Assembly (NCBI RefSeq): GCF_022045235.1
Contig: NW_027266264.1
Coordinates: 21,576,001-21,640,000, forward strand
Direction of reading: 5' to 3'
Source of the DNA: Haliotis cracherodii
Lineage: Eukaryota
Length of the DNA stretch: 64,000 nucleotides
In this document: positions 13,314 through 26,717 of the stretch, in pieces
How positions within the stretch are numbered: the stretch's first letter is position 1
How the letters are laid out: each line of letters opens with the position of its first letter
Notes under the pieces: generated by a model
The model's database searches: none
What the model saw: the letters and a program-made list of their open reading frames with translations, nothing else
What the model was told of the DNA's origin: nothing
Made by a program: the position numbers and the translations under genes

Positions 13314-16300
13314 CAGGACATGTTGGGTAATTTGTTCTCGAGACACAGAAATCAGATACGCTGCTCCGAATGCTTCGGACGGTCTACAGATAATTTAGAA
13401 ATGTGATATGTGAGAAACCACAGCCCACATGGAGAGTGTGTTAGATTTTGACAGAGATGTATCGAATTGGAGCAAAGGATGTTATTTTGATTAGATTGAA
13501 CCATATAAATCTAAGTTAAGAAGTCACATGAAACTATTTATCTTGGTTTCTATTTTTTCGTCTGAAACGAATGATGCATTAAAAAAATCAAATTCATTGT
13601 TTTAATTTAAATATTAATTCAAGTGATTCTGTAACGGAGAGATCGGATCCATACGGGTTGTTGCTGCACCATCTTGAATCTCCTAATTGTCATTCATACG
13701 CACAATGTTTCTGTCATCGTATCCAAATTGCGGGATCGATGCGCATGGTATCAATCACTTGAGTGTCTGGTCCAGACTCGATTATTTACATACCACCGTC
13801 CTATAACTGGAACATTGCTGAGTGCGGCGTTAAACATCAAACAAACAAACAAACCTGTTTACTAAGGTGAGATGCTTTTGTGGAAAAGAGGAATATGAAT
13901 GAAAGTTGAGTTTTTTTGTTGAATGTCAATAGAATCACAATGTCAGATGAACAAGCTACATTTGAATCATGGCATCGTTCAATATTAACACGCATGCAGA
14001 ATTGCAGCTTCATTTGTGTATCATCTTCAAAGCAAAGGGATGCATTTTAAGAGAACTTAAAATGGCGGCCATTTTGGACATCAGAGAGCAAGCATGTGAA
14101 GTACATGTTTCAATGGTCCTGCGTTTTCTCAGGAGAAGTTAGTTCTTTTCGGATCACAAGCAGGCGACAACATAAGCTCACCAGAGCTAATTATGGATGC
14201 ATTACTCTACATTATCATTTTATCCTAAATTCAAATTCTGGAACTTACATTGCAAGAACTGTATTTTAATGAATCCTTCGAGATTGTAGGTAGAATCGTG
14301 CGTCCTTGGGCGAATGTTATAGTTTTCCTATAATTAATACAGTGTTAAACCAACCTTATTAATTGAAATGAATGCATCATTTACCGGATTGTACACCCTG
14401 TTAAGCTTTAATTAACACTTTTCATACACAGTGTTGAGTAAGAATACTCCAAAAACCGATAATCTGAAAGGAATTCGAGAATAAGCTTTAAAATCGCTAT
14501 GTACTTGTCATTCTGTGTGCAGGGAACATGCCTTATTGCAAGTTGTATATGTACATTTACGGATCAATTTCTGATATGTTTTGCTGCATCTTAATTATAA
14601 CTATTTGCAGCCGAAATGTTTGTGCTGATTTTAGGCATAAATCAAGAATCAAGAGAACAAGAACTTTTTCCAAGATTGCGAAAGTTTGGTTTGTAAGTTT
14701 GTTGCCTAAAGCCACACGCCAGGACCTGTGTATAATCGAATTTTGTTGCAAGTTCGCCTCAGTTTGTTCATCGTTTAACGCCACAATCAGCAACAATCCA
14801 GCTACTGGTATATGCCGGCTGCCTGTATCTTTCATAAACATTATGAACACATTGTGCTGATGGTTTTGACCTAACGTTCGTCTGTACGTTGCCCCAGTTT
14901 TCTTTGTTTTGTTGTTTAAAGCTGCTCTCAGCAATATTTCAACTATATATCTGTAGTCTGTAAATAATCGAAAATGTATTGTTGAGAAATCATACAAAAT
15001 GTATACACACACATACATACGCTGTTACCACCAAATGTACCACCAAATTAAAGTGTAATTAATACAGGGTGGATTCTCAAACAAGGATTTGCTTGCATTT
15101 ATGCAGTCTTATAAAGGAATCCAGTTCAATTCTGACGAAACATTTAATTTTTCAATTTTGTACACCACTATCGCACTACGACTTCATTCCTTGGTCGATT
15201 GGGCATTTGTCATGACACGTTGTGAAAACAGCAGTTTTGTTTTTTCATTCCCCTCCAATGATTTTTTTCTGTTAATAAAAAGTGTTTTGTTTATGACATC
15301 CATTGAAACGTCCTCTTGGTAACGCTTCATACGTTCATATGGCTACCGTCGGGCTACTGTGTGTGGTTATTGTGTGTGAATTGCATAGATGCTCTGATTA
15401 CTTTGGTAATTAGATAAATCGATGCAGTGGTGAATTCTACAAATATACATACATATACTTGCATTAGTGAGTGAGTGAGTTAAATTTTTAAGTCACATCG
15501 GCAATATTTCAGACATATCGTGACTATCAATAGTTAAACATAATACATATATTGAAACTTGTATAAAAACCTGTCAACGAAGGACAGTAAAATTACTAGA
15601 TTCATCGCAGAAAAATATATAGAACTAGTACGGAATTATAACAGAGAATAGCACTATATAAATATACTTTGAAAGACGTGGTCTTACATACCCTCTCAGG
15701 GGGGCAATAATTTTACACTACTTCAACCCCCTTCGAGGATACAGCCACTAACAATCTCAGTTATCAAATTTATTTTACCAATTATAAAAACTATATTATA
15801 TACAAAACATATCAATCAAAATTTAAGTAACAATTCAATTTCTTTTAAAAAGTCAATAATTAAATGAGCACTGATATTAAAAAAGATCCTTTAAGGATGA
15901 AACTTTGAAATATTTATCCCTTGTGATGGAAAAATCAACACAATCAAGCAGGACATGCTTGACGGTGATTCTTTCATCACAAGGGATACAAAATGGAGGA
16001 TCTTCACCTTTCAACAAATATTCGTGATTATATCGACTATGGCCAATAACGACATCGTTGTAAAATGACCTCTTCAAATCTGGACTGACAGCCAAAGTAG
16101 GTGTAACCAATATTTGGTTTAATTTCATGTAATTTATTGATATCTACTTGGGTGTCCCACTTCTTTTGAATCAGATCACGGATGAAAGATCTAATTATAG
16201 TTTTATAATCACTGTATGGGATAAGAAGTGGTGTCATAGATTTGGTGAGAGCTGCCTTAGCAGCAGCATCGGCCATTGCGTTACCAGTGATACCGACATG

Positions 16301-16457
16301 GCTTGGTAACCAACAAAAGACGATATCATACTGGCCAGTAGCAAGATCATTATGTAGTTCTATTATTTCACGTAAAAGTGAATGTTTACAAAATATATTT
16401 TTAATTGCCTGAAGACAGGAAAGTGAATCAGAAAAGTTAATGAACCATTTATGTTAA

Positions 16458-16668
16458 TGTTATAACCTAGCCCTCAGACTAGAGACAAAACCAGAGGCGT
16501 TGGGGACAGACTTTTATTTTCCAGCCACATGGCCGGTCCATACGTCATAGCCGAGTGACAGCACGTGCGGATTACCTTCATAGGCACGTGAGGTATTCAT
16601 ACGCGTTACTCTCACAGTACATAGTTCTAGGGTACGTCAGGTAATATAGTACTTATCAAGATATTACA
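16458..16668 (-). repeat. Gypsy 3' LTR (211 bp)
   Basis: Direct repeat of 20878-21080 with 8 substitutions; TG...CA ends; adjacent PPT. Confidence 0.93.
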
Positions 16669-17262
16669 TTCCTCCCTCTTTAGATGGAAACAGTTCTAAA
16701 CAAAACATATCTACATTAAAGGTGCCAAGGTGCTTCTCAACATTTGTACACAAAGAAAGCTATAGACAAAAATCATTCTCTAGATTTAGTAGGTATCTGC
16801 CATAAGAGAAATATGTTAACATCTACTGTTCAAGTAAACTTTACCTTAACCCAAAATAACATATGAGTTCACTTCAATCTCATTAACCAATTACTTCCTA
16901 ACAAAGTCCTCAAAATATCTTGGTTCCCGTCGAGTCCTCTTAGAAGATCTACTCAGAACGGGAGATTTAACATTGCTATTGTCTGTTGATAGTACAATCT
17001 CTGAAGCAGGATCTTGTATCCTCTCTGACACGTGATCCTTCTCTGGATAGTCATTGATAGCAGGTATCTCGACATCGTGCGTCTCTGGTAGAGCAGATTC
17101 TACCTGTTTATCTGAATGAGAGTCAGTATTGCCTCCGGGTACTTGGGTTTCTCGAGTACGCACATGATCCTGATGGCGCCTCACATTTCGACCATCAGAC
17201 AGTTCTACCTCAAACGATACTTGACCTGTCCTGTTCGAGACTGAACCCGGAAACCATTTCAG

Positions 17263-18552
17263 TCAATTTCCAAAGTTCTTAACATACACAGTGTCTTGTT
17301 CCTTCATACTTCTGTCCTTCACATGTAGGTCATGTTGAATATTCTGTCTCCATTGACTCTTCTTTACTGTCTGCTGTTCAGAAGGATGAGTCAAGTCTAG
17401 ATGTGTTCGTAGTCTCCAGTTCACCAGAAGTTCGGCTGGTGTTTGTCCAGTAGTTGTCTGGGGTGTTGTTCTATAGAGGAACAAGAATCTGTCGAGACGA
17501 GTCTGAATATCCGGACCTTGTACCTTCTTTATCCCCTCCTTGAATGTCCTTACTGACCTTTCAGCGAGACCATTGGACGATGGTTGATATGGAGCTGTCT
17601 GCACATGGTGAATACCATTCTTTTCCATGAATGCTTTGAATTCCTCACTAGTGAAACAGGTACCGTTGTCACTCACTAACATCTCGGGTAATCCATGGGT
17701 TGTGAACACTCTACAAAGGACTGCCACTGTAGCTGAAGATGTAGCTGAGTGCACAACAACAACATCTGTCCATTTACTATATGCATCCACAATCACCAAG
17801 AACATTTGACCAAGGAATGGTCCGGCATAATCAATATGCACACGAGACCATGGTCGCTCAGGCCACTCCCACGGGTGTAGGGGTGCCTTAGCTGGTATCT
17901 GCTGCATTTGCTGACACACCTCACACTTTTTCACTGTTGACTCCAGAATTGAATCCATGCTAGGCCACCACACATAGCTACGAGCAAGTGCCTTCATCCT
18001 ACTGATTCCAGGATGTGCCTCATGAAGTTCACGAACAATCCTATCCCGACCTGGCGGGGGAATCACTACACGGTTACCCCACAACACACAGCCATCCTGT
18101 ACTGTCAGCTCATCACGGCGACAGTAGTATGGCTTCATTTCTGGGTTTTCACAGAAATTAGGCCATCCACACTGCACATATCTCAACACTGTTGACAACA
18201 CAGGATCCTGGCGCGTCCATGAACGAATATGTTTGGAGGTCACATGTGTAGTATCCATCAGTTCCAGAAGCATGATGTATTCCGGAGGTACAGGTGTTTC
18301 TTGAATACTTGGTTTTTCTTTCACAGGAAGTTGGCTCAGACAATCCGCATTGGCGATCTGTGATCCTGGTCTGTAGACAAGTTCATACTCATAAGCAGGC
18401 AATGTTAGTGCCCACCTCTGAATCCGTGCTGATGCCATCATTGGTATCGCTTTGGTCTCAGCAAATAATCCTAACAACGGTTTGTGATCAGTCTCTATAG
18501 TGAAATGATTTTCTGCCAGGTACTGATGAAATTTCTTCACACCAAACAGCAT
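17263..18552 (-). pseudogene. Gypsy RNase H C-terminus + integrase reading frame (429 aa open segment of broken pol)
   Basis: TDHKPL, HPGISRMKALARSYVWWP, CEVC, WSRVHIDYAGPF, SDNGTCFTS, PYQPSSNGLAER. Confidence 0.9.
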
Positions 18553-19358
18553 TGCTAAGCCTTCCTTTTCCAGTTGTGAATAGTTTTTTTCAGCGGAGTT
18601 TAGGGAGCGTGATGAATATCCAATGGGACGATCGCCTCCCTCTTCAGTACGATGAGACAGTACCGCACCAACTCAGTAGGGCGATGCATCACAACAGAGA
18701 ATGAGTTCGTTCTTCGCATCATAATGAACGAGAACTTTATCAGAACATAGCAGTGACTTGGATTTCTCAAAAGCTGACTGTTGTTGGCTTGTCCACTTCC
18801 TTGGTACTTCTTTCTGTAACAGTTTGTGTAACGGTGCCAGAGCAGTGGAAAGGTTTGGCATGAACCTTCCATAATAGTTCAGCATACCCAAATAGCTTTT
18901 CAGTTCTGTCACATTCCGCGGAGGTGACGCTTCCTTGATGACCTCGACCTTTTCAGCGACTGGTTGGGGACCCTCTCTATCCAGACGGTATCCAAGATGC
19001 ACAACTTCTGTTGCCATGAAGCTGCACTTTTTTTCCTTACGAACTCTCAGACCTGCTGCCGCTAGTCTCCTCAGAACTTCATCTAAGAGTGTCAAGTGTT
19101 AATGCCTCGAACGGCCACCAATCAGAATATCATCAATCCTGACCAGAACTTGTTCAAGACCTTGTAGGGTATTCTCCATGATGCGCTGAAATATACCAGG
19201 AGCTGATGACAAATGGCAGACGGTTATACCGAAAGAGTCCTTTATGATTATTTATTGTGACGTACTGCTTGGAATGTTCTTCCAACAAGACCTGCTGGTA
19301 AGCTTGACTTAGGTCCAACTTAGAATAGAACTTTTCTCCTCCTAATGTTGCGAACAGG

Positions 19359-20624
19359 TCATCTGTCTTTGGACACTTTGTTCACAGTCACTTTATAGTC
19401 ACCACAGATTCTAATACTCGAATGGGACTTCAACACAGGTACTATTGGTGCTGCCCATTCAGAAAACTCTACAGCTTCTATTGTACCATTACTCTGTAGG
19501 CGATCAAGCTCCTGTTCAATCTTCTGCTTCAATGTATATGGGACTGGTCTTGCTTTATGGAAGATCGGTTGGGCATTCTTGTCAACATATATCTTTGCTT
19601 TCGTTCCTTTGAACGTACCCAAACCATCCTTGAACACTTCAGGATGCTTATCCAACACAGTTCTCAAACTGCTTTGCGAATCCTTAGCAGTCACATGTTT
19701 GATTATATTCCAATCAACATCAAACACATCAATCCAGTTACGTTCAAACAGACTAGCACGGTTCCCTCGGGCAACTAATAGGGGCAGACTCGCAGTCACT
19801 CCTTGAAAACCAACCTCCACCATCACCTGTCCCGCAAGATCAAGCTTATTTCCGGTGTATCCAAGGTATAATTTAGTCGTAGGTGTCACAGTCAAGTTCT
19901 CTACACACTGTTGAAGATGTGACAAAGTCTTTTCACTCACAATGGATACCGCAGCCCCAGTGTCAAATTCCATCTTCAACTCTTGACCGTTGACTTGTAC
20001 TGGTACATAAACTGGTTTGTTCACTGAACCAGAAACCATGAACATCTCATATGCTTCACTCACATCCACGACCTCGACTCTGTCTCCCACCACGATGTGA
20101 AACTCTCCTCTGACCATTTCCCCTCCTGTTGAGACATTCTGTGATAAATGTCCAACAAGTCCACAAGAGTAACACTCCTGATCTTTAAAACGGCATGTTG
20201 AAGGGTCATGTCTTCCGCCACAACGAAAACATGAAGAACTGTAGTTACCTCCCCTGGTTGGTTTGTTCGTAATAAAGTTGATGACACCAGTGTCACTGGA
20301 TATTGCAGTTTGTTTCTGAAGATCAACAGAATTTTTGTCAGCCGCTTCCATTGATCTTGCTATGGCAACGGCTTTGATGAATGTCAAATCATCTTCTGAC
20401 AGTAACCTGGATAACATTTTCTGTTTGTTTATACCGCAAACGAATCTGTCCCTCAGCATGTCGTCAAGGAATGCTTCATAATCACAAAATTCAGTCAGTT
20501 TTCTCAATACAGCAACAAACTCACTGATGGTCTCGTTGGGCTTCCGTACTCTCGTGTTGAAGTTGTAGCGGTGCACAATCTTCGACGGTTGAGGGTTGTA
20601 ATGGTCTTTCAACAAGTTCCTCAA
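19359..20624 (-). pseudogene. Gypsy gag-protease-RT N-terminal reading frame
   Basis: LRDRFVCGIN, zinc knuckles, FDTGAAVS, WAAPIVPVLK, IRICGDYKVTVN. Confidence 0.88.
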
Positions 20625-20877
20625 AACTTTTTGACGTCAGGCTTTTCGGGGCGAAGTAAGTCTCTTATTAATCCATAAGTTTTACCTCCCACGGAACTGG
20701 GAGGTCTGACTTTTGCGTTCAGTTATGGAATTCGCCTCGAAAAAGATCTCGGCTCGCTCCGCATATTGGCTCCAATCTTCGACTGTTTCGTTAAACTCGC
20801 CAAGATTCCCGTATACAGACGATGCTATCTCGACTGCGCTTCCAAACTTCGCAAAACTTCAGGTTTATACCTCGGCG

Positions 20878-21080
20878 CCTAGCCCTCAGACTAAAGACAA
20901 AACCAGAGGCGTTGGGGAGAGACTTTTATTTTCCAGCCACATGGCCGGTCCATACGTCATAGCCGAGAGACAGCACGTGCGGACTACCTTCACAGGCACG
21001 TGAGGTATTCAAACGCGTTACTCTCACAGTACATAGTTCTAGGGCACGTCGGGTAATATAGTACTTATCAAGATATTACA
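20878..21080 (-). repeat. Gypsy 5' LTR (inner end deleted)
   Basis: Matches 16466-16668; the terminal tgttataa and the start of the PBS are missing. Confidence 0.9.
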
Positions 21081-24000
21081 GTTTAGATTGAGTATTTATA
21101 TATTTTAGAGCAGTTAATATTGCCTGTGATTCTTCTGAAAAAATGGAACCGTCATTCGGTAATCTTGATGATAATGGTTCTGGATCCAATGACAGTGGTG
21201 CTGGCAACAGCGCCACCATCCTTGGATCCATCTGTGATTATGGACTTGTAAGTATCATAAGTGTTCCTTAATTCATTATATTGTTGTTGATAAATTAGTT
21301 GATTTGTTTCAGATTTTTTTAATTTGGTTAATGCGAGATCGACCTCTGGCCTTACCATTTGCCAAGGAGGTGATGAAAATATCTTGCAGTTTAATATTAG
21401 CGGCAGACATGGCAGACTGGATTTCGATTCCAAGTGGTGGAACAAGAGACGATTTTTTATTATAAATATCTTGGTAAAGAGGATTAAAGACGCAATTAAA
21501 AGCTGGATTTGACGGATTAGAATATCATTTAGTGACATATTGTAACGATAATTTCAGACGGCGTTGTTTAAGAGGAGGTTCATCCGCTTCTACATACAGA
21601 CTGTGAATTGGAGACGTCCTAAAGGCTCCATGGCAAAGCCTCAGGCCCTGATGATGGATAGTATCCAGTTTTTGTAAGTTACTTTTGCAGGCTCCACCAT
21701 AGACGATGGAGCCATAATCGAGTTTTGAACGGATCAATGACCTGTTCAAGTGTAAGAGGGTTGTTTGATCCCCTTCCCACTTAGAATTAGAAACTACTTT
21801 CAACAAATCGAGTGCCTTCAGGCATTAAGCTTTAAGGTAATTAATATGCGGAAGGAAAGTTAAATGACTATAAAAAATAAGGCCCAAGAACTTGGCCTCT
21901 TTTTGCAATTTTGATAGGGGTGCCATCTAAATATAGTTCAGGGTCCTTATGCGGCTTATATTTTCTGCAGAAATGTATACAGTTGGTTTTTGATTTCAAA
22001 AATTTAAACCCGTTTTCGAAGACAGATTTGTAACTGCCTCTCTATTGTATGCATATTTTTTCCACGACAAGAAACATTAAAATCATCCACGAAAAGTGAT
22101 CCATCTACTGAATCACTTAAACCTTTGAAAGACTATTTATTTTTATACTAAATAAAGTGACAGACTAAATACTGCCTTTTTAGGACATCCTGATCATGAT
22201 GATAATGATCAGACAGGGTAGAAACCATGCGGATCTGAAATTGTCTGTCTGTTAAACACTTGGATATAAATTCAGGCAAACGGTCTCTCAATCCAAAATC
22301 ATGTAAATACTTGAAAATACCGTGTTTCCACGTTGTGTCATACGCTTTTTCTAAATCGAAAAAGATAGACACTGCAAGCTAGTTATTAATGATTGCAATT
22401 TTCACAAATGATTCTAACCGTACTAAACGGTCAACGGTACTGCGATTCTTTAGAAAGCCACACTGAATATTTGTAATTAAATTATTTGATTCCAAGTACT
22501 ATGTTAATCAATTGTTGACCATGCGTTCCATGGTTTTGCAACGCAACTGGTGAATGAAATTGGTCTATAATTCTATGGATCACTGTGATCCCGTCCAGGT
22601 TTCGGTATGGGTATAACTATGGCATCACGCCAGGAAGAAGGAAACTTACCTGATGTCCATATATCATCAAAAATTAACAAAAGGGTTTCTAAACACGGTT
22701 CTGGTAAGTGCTTCAGGAGTTGATAGTGTACATTATCAGCTCATGTAGCAGTATCATGAGCTTGTCCAAGAGCTGCATGAAGTTCATGGATCAAAAATAT
22801 TTCATTATAATCTTCCCCATTATCTGATTTAAATTTAAAGTTTTCTTTTCCTGCTGTTTTTGAATTTTTGGGAATTCAGGGACATAATTTGAGGAAGAAG
22901 AATGTTTAGCTAACGTTTCACCTAGTTTAATTGCAATAACCAATTTATTAGTTAATAGTTCATCCCCATTCTTAAGATGGTTAACGCTACATTTAGAACC
23001 CTTTCCTTTAATTTTCTGTATCATGTTCCATACCTTGGACATGGGCGTTCGTGAGTTTATCTTGGAAACATAATGTTGCCAAGATTGGCGTTTATTTTGT
23101 TTAAACGTACGCCTGGCATTAGCATTTAAGATTTTATATTTATTCAAATTATGGACCATGGGATGGCGATGGAAATAGTGTTCAGTCTTTTCCCATGCCT
23201 TCCTAGCTTGTTTGCAGTCTTAGGAATACATTCATCTGCTATTTTGTTTAATTCATCTGAAAATAATTGTACAGGATCAGTTGCGTCAATAAATAGATCA
23301 GGTTTTAATTTATTGGATGCAAGCATTTCAAAGAAGTTCCTTCTTGTTAAAGGAGGAACATCTGAAGGTAAGACAGGTTTTAAAATAGTTGGGAAATGAT
23401 CACTGCCACAGAGGTCTTCGTTGACGGACCATTCAAATTCGTATAATAAATCAGAGTGAGTGAGTGATAAATCCAGAGCAGAGTAGGTACCTGTGCCGGG
23501 ATGTAGATATGTGTTTGAGCCATCGTTATAGATACATAAGTCATTGTTGGAAATGAAATCTTCCTAAAGTTTCCCCTTATTATTTGTCTGAACACTTCCC
23601 CAAATCGGATTGTGCCCATTTAGATCACCAATAATGATACAGGGCTTTGGAAGTTGATCATAGAGAGCTTGAAGTTCAGACTGTCGGAGAGAAGAAGATG
23701 GTGGGATATAAAGCAAGCACAATGTAAAAACAATGTGCAAAGTAAACACGGATTGCAACAGCCTGAAGGGGAGTAGTAAGTTGAACGGGGCTAAGGATGA
23801 CGCCGTGTTTCATTAGAATTGAAGGACCTCCAGTGGCTTTAGCACCAGGAGGTGAAAAGACTTTGTTGGAGGTATAACCTCTAATATCAAATTTGTCAGT
23901 ATCCTTATAATATGTTTCCTGTAAACATATGGCAGATGTCTTAAAATCCTGAATTAAGAGTTGTAACTCATTATAATTATTCCTAAGTCCTCTACAGTTC

Positions 24001-24492
24001 CATTGAATTAAATTTGATGAGTGAGTCATGGTGGTTCAATTGGTGATCTCTCACCGGAACTTGAGTAAGATGAACTCCTATCGCTACTGCCTGACGATAG
24101 AGTTACCTCCATGTCTAAAGCACTAAAGGAGTTGTGAAGAGATACTTCCGAAGAAGAGGGGGTGCTAGGTGATTGTTTCCTGTTTAACCTTTGTCTTTGC
24201 TTTTTTGATAATTTACGTTCCTGAACAGATGCTTGTTCAGGAGATGCCTCAGATGAGGTCTGAGTCTCAGCCTGAACACAACATGGTGGTGATGCAGATT
24301 TACTGTCAGAGATTGGAAGATCAATGACAGAAGCACTTGCAACAGGTCAGTCAGAATTGATAATAAAAGTTTGAAAATAAATGAATCTACATCACAATAC
24401 CTTTATGTAACATGAATAATCAACTGCGCGTTGAAGTGCCCGAAATGGAACAGTTATAATGAATTCTAATAATGTCGTATCAATTGTTTTGA

Positions 24493-24910
24493 TTTTTCAT
24501 TCCCATCCAATGATTTTTTTCTGTTATTAAAAAGTGTTTTGTTTATGACATCCATTGAAACGTCCTCTTGGTAACGCTTCATACGTTCATATGGCTACCG
24601 TTGGGCTACTGTGTGTGGTTATTGTGTGTGAATTGCATAGATGCTCTGATTACTTTGGTAATTAGATAAATTGATGGAGTGGTGAATTCTACAAATATTC
24701 ATACCTATACTTGCATTAGTGAGTGAGTGAGTTAAATTTTTAAGTCACATCGGCAATATTTCAGCCATATTGTGACTATTAATAGTTAAACATAATACAT
24801 ATATTGAAACTTGTATAAAAACCTGTCAACGAAGGACAGTAAAATTACTAGATTCATCGCAGAAAAATATATAGAACTAGTACGGAATTATAACAGAGAA
24901 TAGCACTATA
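24493..24910 (+). repeat. Duplicate of 15241-15660 (host flank + LINE 3' tail)
   Basis: About 420-bp near-identical direct repeat spanning the LINE 3' junction. Confidence 0.92.
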
Positions 24911-25012
24911 CATAACGATACAAGATACAAACAGGCTATAGATCGCCAGCAGCTGAAGGTAGACCACCATGCTAGGGTCCATGGGGACTTACAGTACTTT
25001 TGCTACCTGCAT

Positions 25013-25212
25013 GGTGCTAGGTGATTGTTTCCTATTTAACCCAATGCCTTTGCTTTTTTGACAATTTACGTTCCTGAACAGATGGTTCTTCAGGAGATGC
25101 CTCAGATGAAGTCTGAGTCTCATCCTGAACACAACATGGTGGTGATGCGGATTTACTGTCAGAGACTGGAAGATCAATGACAGAAGCACTTGCAACAGGT
25201 CGGTCAGAATTG
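25013..25212 (+). repeat. Duplicate of 24161-24360 (LINE ORF1 C-terminus)
   Basis: 200-bp direct repeat with roughly 13 differences. Confidence 0.9.
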
Positions 25213-26717
25213 ACCCATGTAATATCGGTTTGACACAGAACCGATGAAAAGTTTTTAGCAGATTTGGTCACTGCAGCAGAATAATTTAGTGTTGAAGGAG
25301 TTGTTGATTGACTGGCAACAAGCTTCCTAGCGTCTGCAAAAGAGATGTTTTTTTCACATTTTAGATTCAGTATTTTGGTCTCGGTTTGAAATACTGGGCA
25401 GGATTTGGAAGAGGCCATGTGTTGGCCTTCACAGTTGGCACATTTGAGATCTTGAGTACAATCCGCACTGTCATGGTTGTCACCACAACCATGACAAACA
25501 ACAGGGCGTCTACAGGTTTTCGAACCGTGACCAAACTTTTGACATTTAGTGCATCGGAGTGGATTGGGGACATACACCTCCACTCCGATGTTGACATAAC
25601 CTGCTCTATTTGAGTTTGGAACCGATGGCCGAGCAAAAGTGAACAAATATGTGTTCGTTAGGACAATATTTGATTTGTCATCCTTTCGGGTGAAACGTTT
25701 GACGGCTTGTACTCCTTGAGTTCAGAAACAATTTCATCTTCCGTCATGTCTGAAAGGGAACATGTCCTGTCACGAACAATGCCACGACAAGAGTTCAACG
25801 TCCTATGCTTAGAAACAGTAACCTCAATATTAGCAAAGTGTTTGATAGATAATAAATTGAGAGATTGTTGTTTCCTCGAACATTCCACCAGAAGAGATCC
25901 AGTACGCAATCGTGTGACATTTTTTACTTCTCCACAATATCCATGAATGGCTTTGGATATAGCAAAGGGATTCAACTTTAGCGGTTCATGATCTGTGGCT
26001 TCGATCACAAGGAATTGGGCCCAGGAATCAGGAGGAAGAGTATCAGCTTCATCAGAAGAACTTGAGTCTTACTGACGTCTTTTTGAACCAGAGTGTGAGT
26101 TAGCCATGATTATGTTGAAGTGATTCAGCAACCCTGCTCCCCACCCACCATGGAGTATCATAATAGACAGTGTTGTAATGCACCGGATCTCCAAGGTGCA
26201 AACACCAGGGCTACAGGGTTGTTATACTCCAGAAAATATGACACAAACAGCAAAATTTGTATATCAAAATAAGTGCCAGGCTGGTTCTGCCCATGACAAG
26301 AAATTGAATACATATTGAGTTTGGAGGTCAACATTACCAGATTGGCCCATGAGCCACCGCCCTCTGGCATGGGACATGCAATTTTGTACATATAATTTTT
26401 AATGAGAACATTCATTTACAGCATTCAAACATACAGAACATACTTAACATGAATGTTTTCCATACACAGGGCATGACATGACCAGCCGATTGATTTGAAC
26501 CGGGCCAATTCTACCACCCGTCTAGTTGAAGTAAGGGTCAAAGTGGTGTGTTGGGCAAAGGAACACTGTTCCTGGCTCCAGTGCCCTCAACCACCAGAAT
26601 TCCGTCCTCCACCCACACAGGGCCGCAACCTACGACAAACAGGTTCCCCAATTCGGTCGCTTTGTACGACCAGCAGTGGGGTGCTTTGGACATATTCTAC
26701 CCCGGGTCCTCACGGGG

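Larger units (their letters stand above)
16458..21080 (-). mobile_element. Gypsy/Ty3 LTR retrotransposon (K02A2.6/Mag-like), near full length, frameshifted
   Basis: LTRs 16458-16668 (TG...CA) and 20878-21080. PPT aaagagggaggaa (rc of 16669-16681). PBS remnant ggcgccgagg. 5-bp TSD gttaa/gttta. Order gag (CFRCGGRH..C, CYSCG..GH) - protease (FDTGA) - RT - RNase H (CDASPY) - integrase (HEAH..CEVC, D..DNG..E). Confidence 0.95.
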
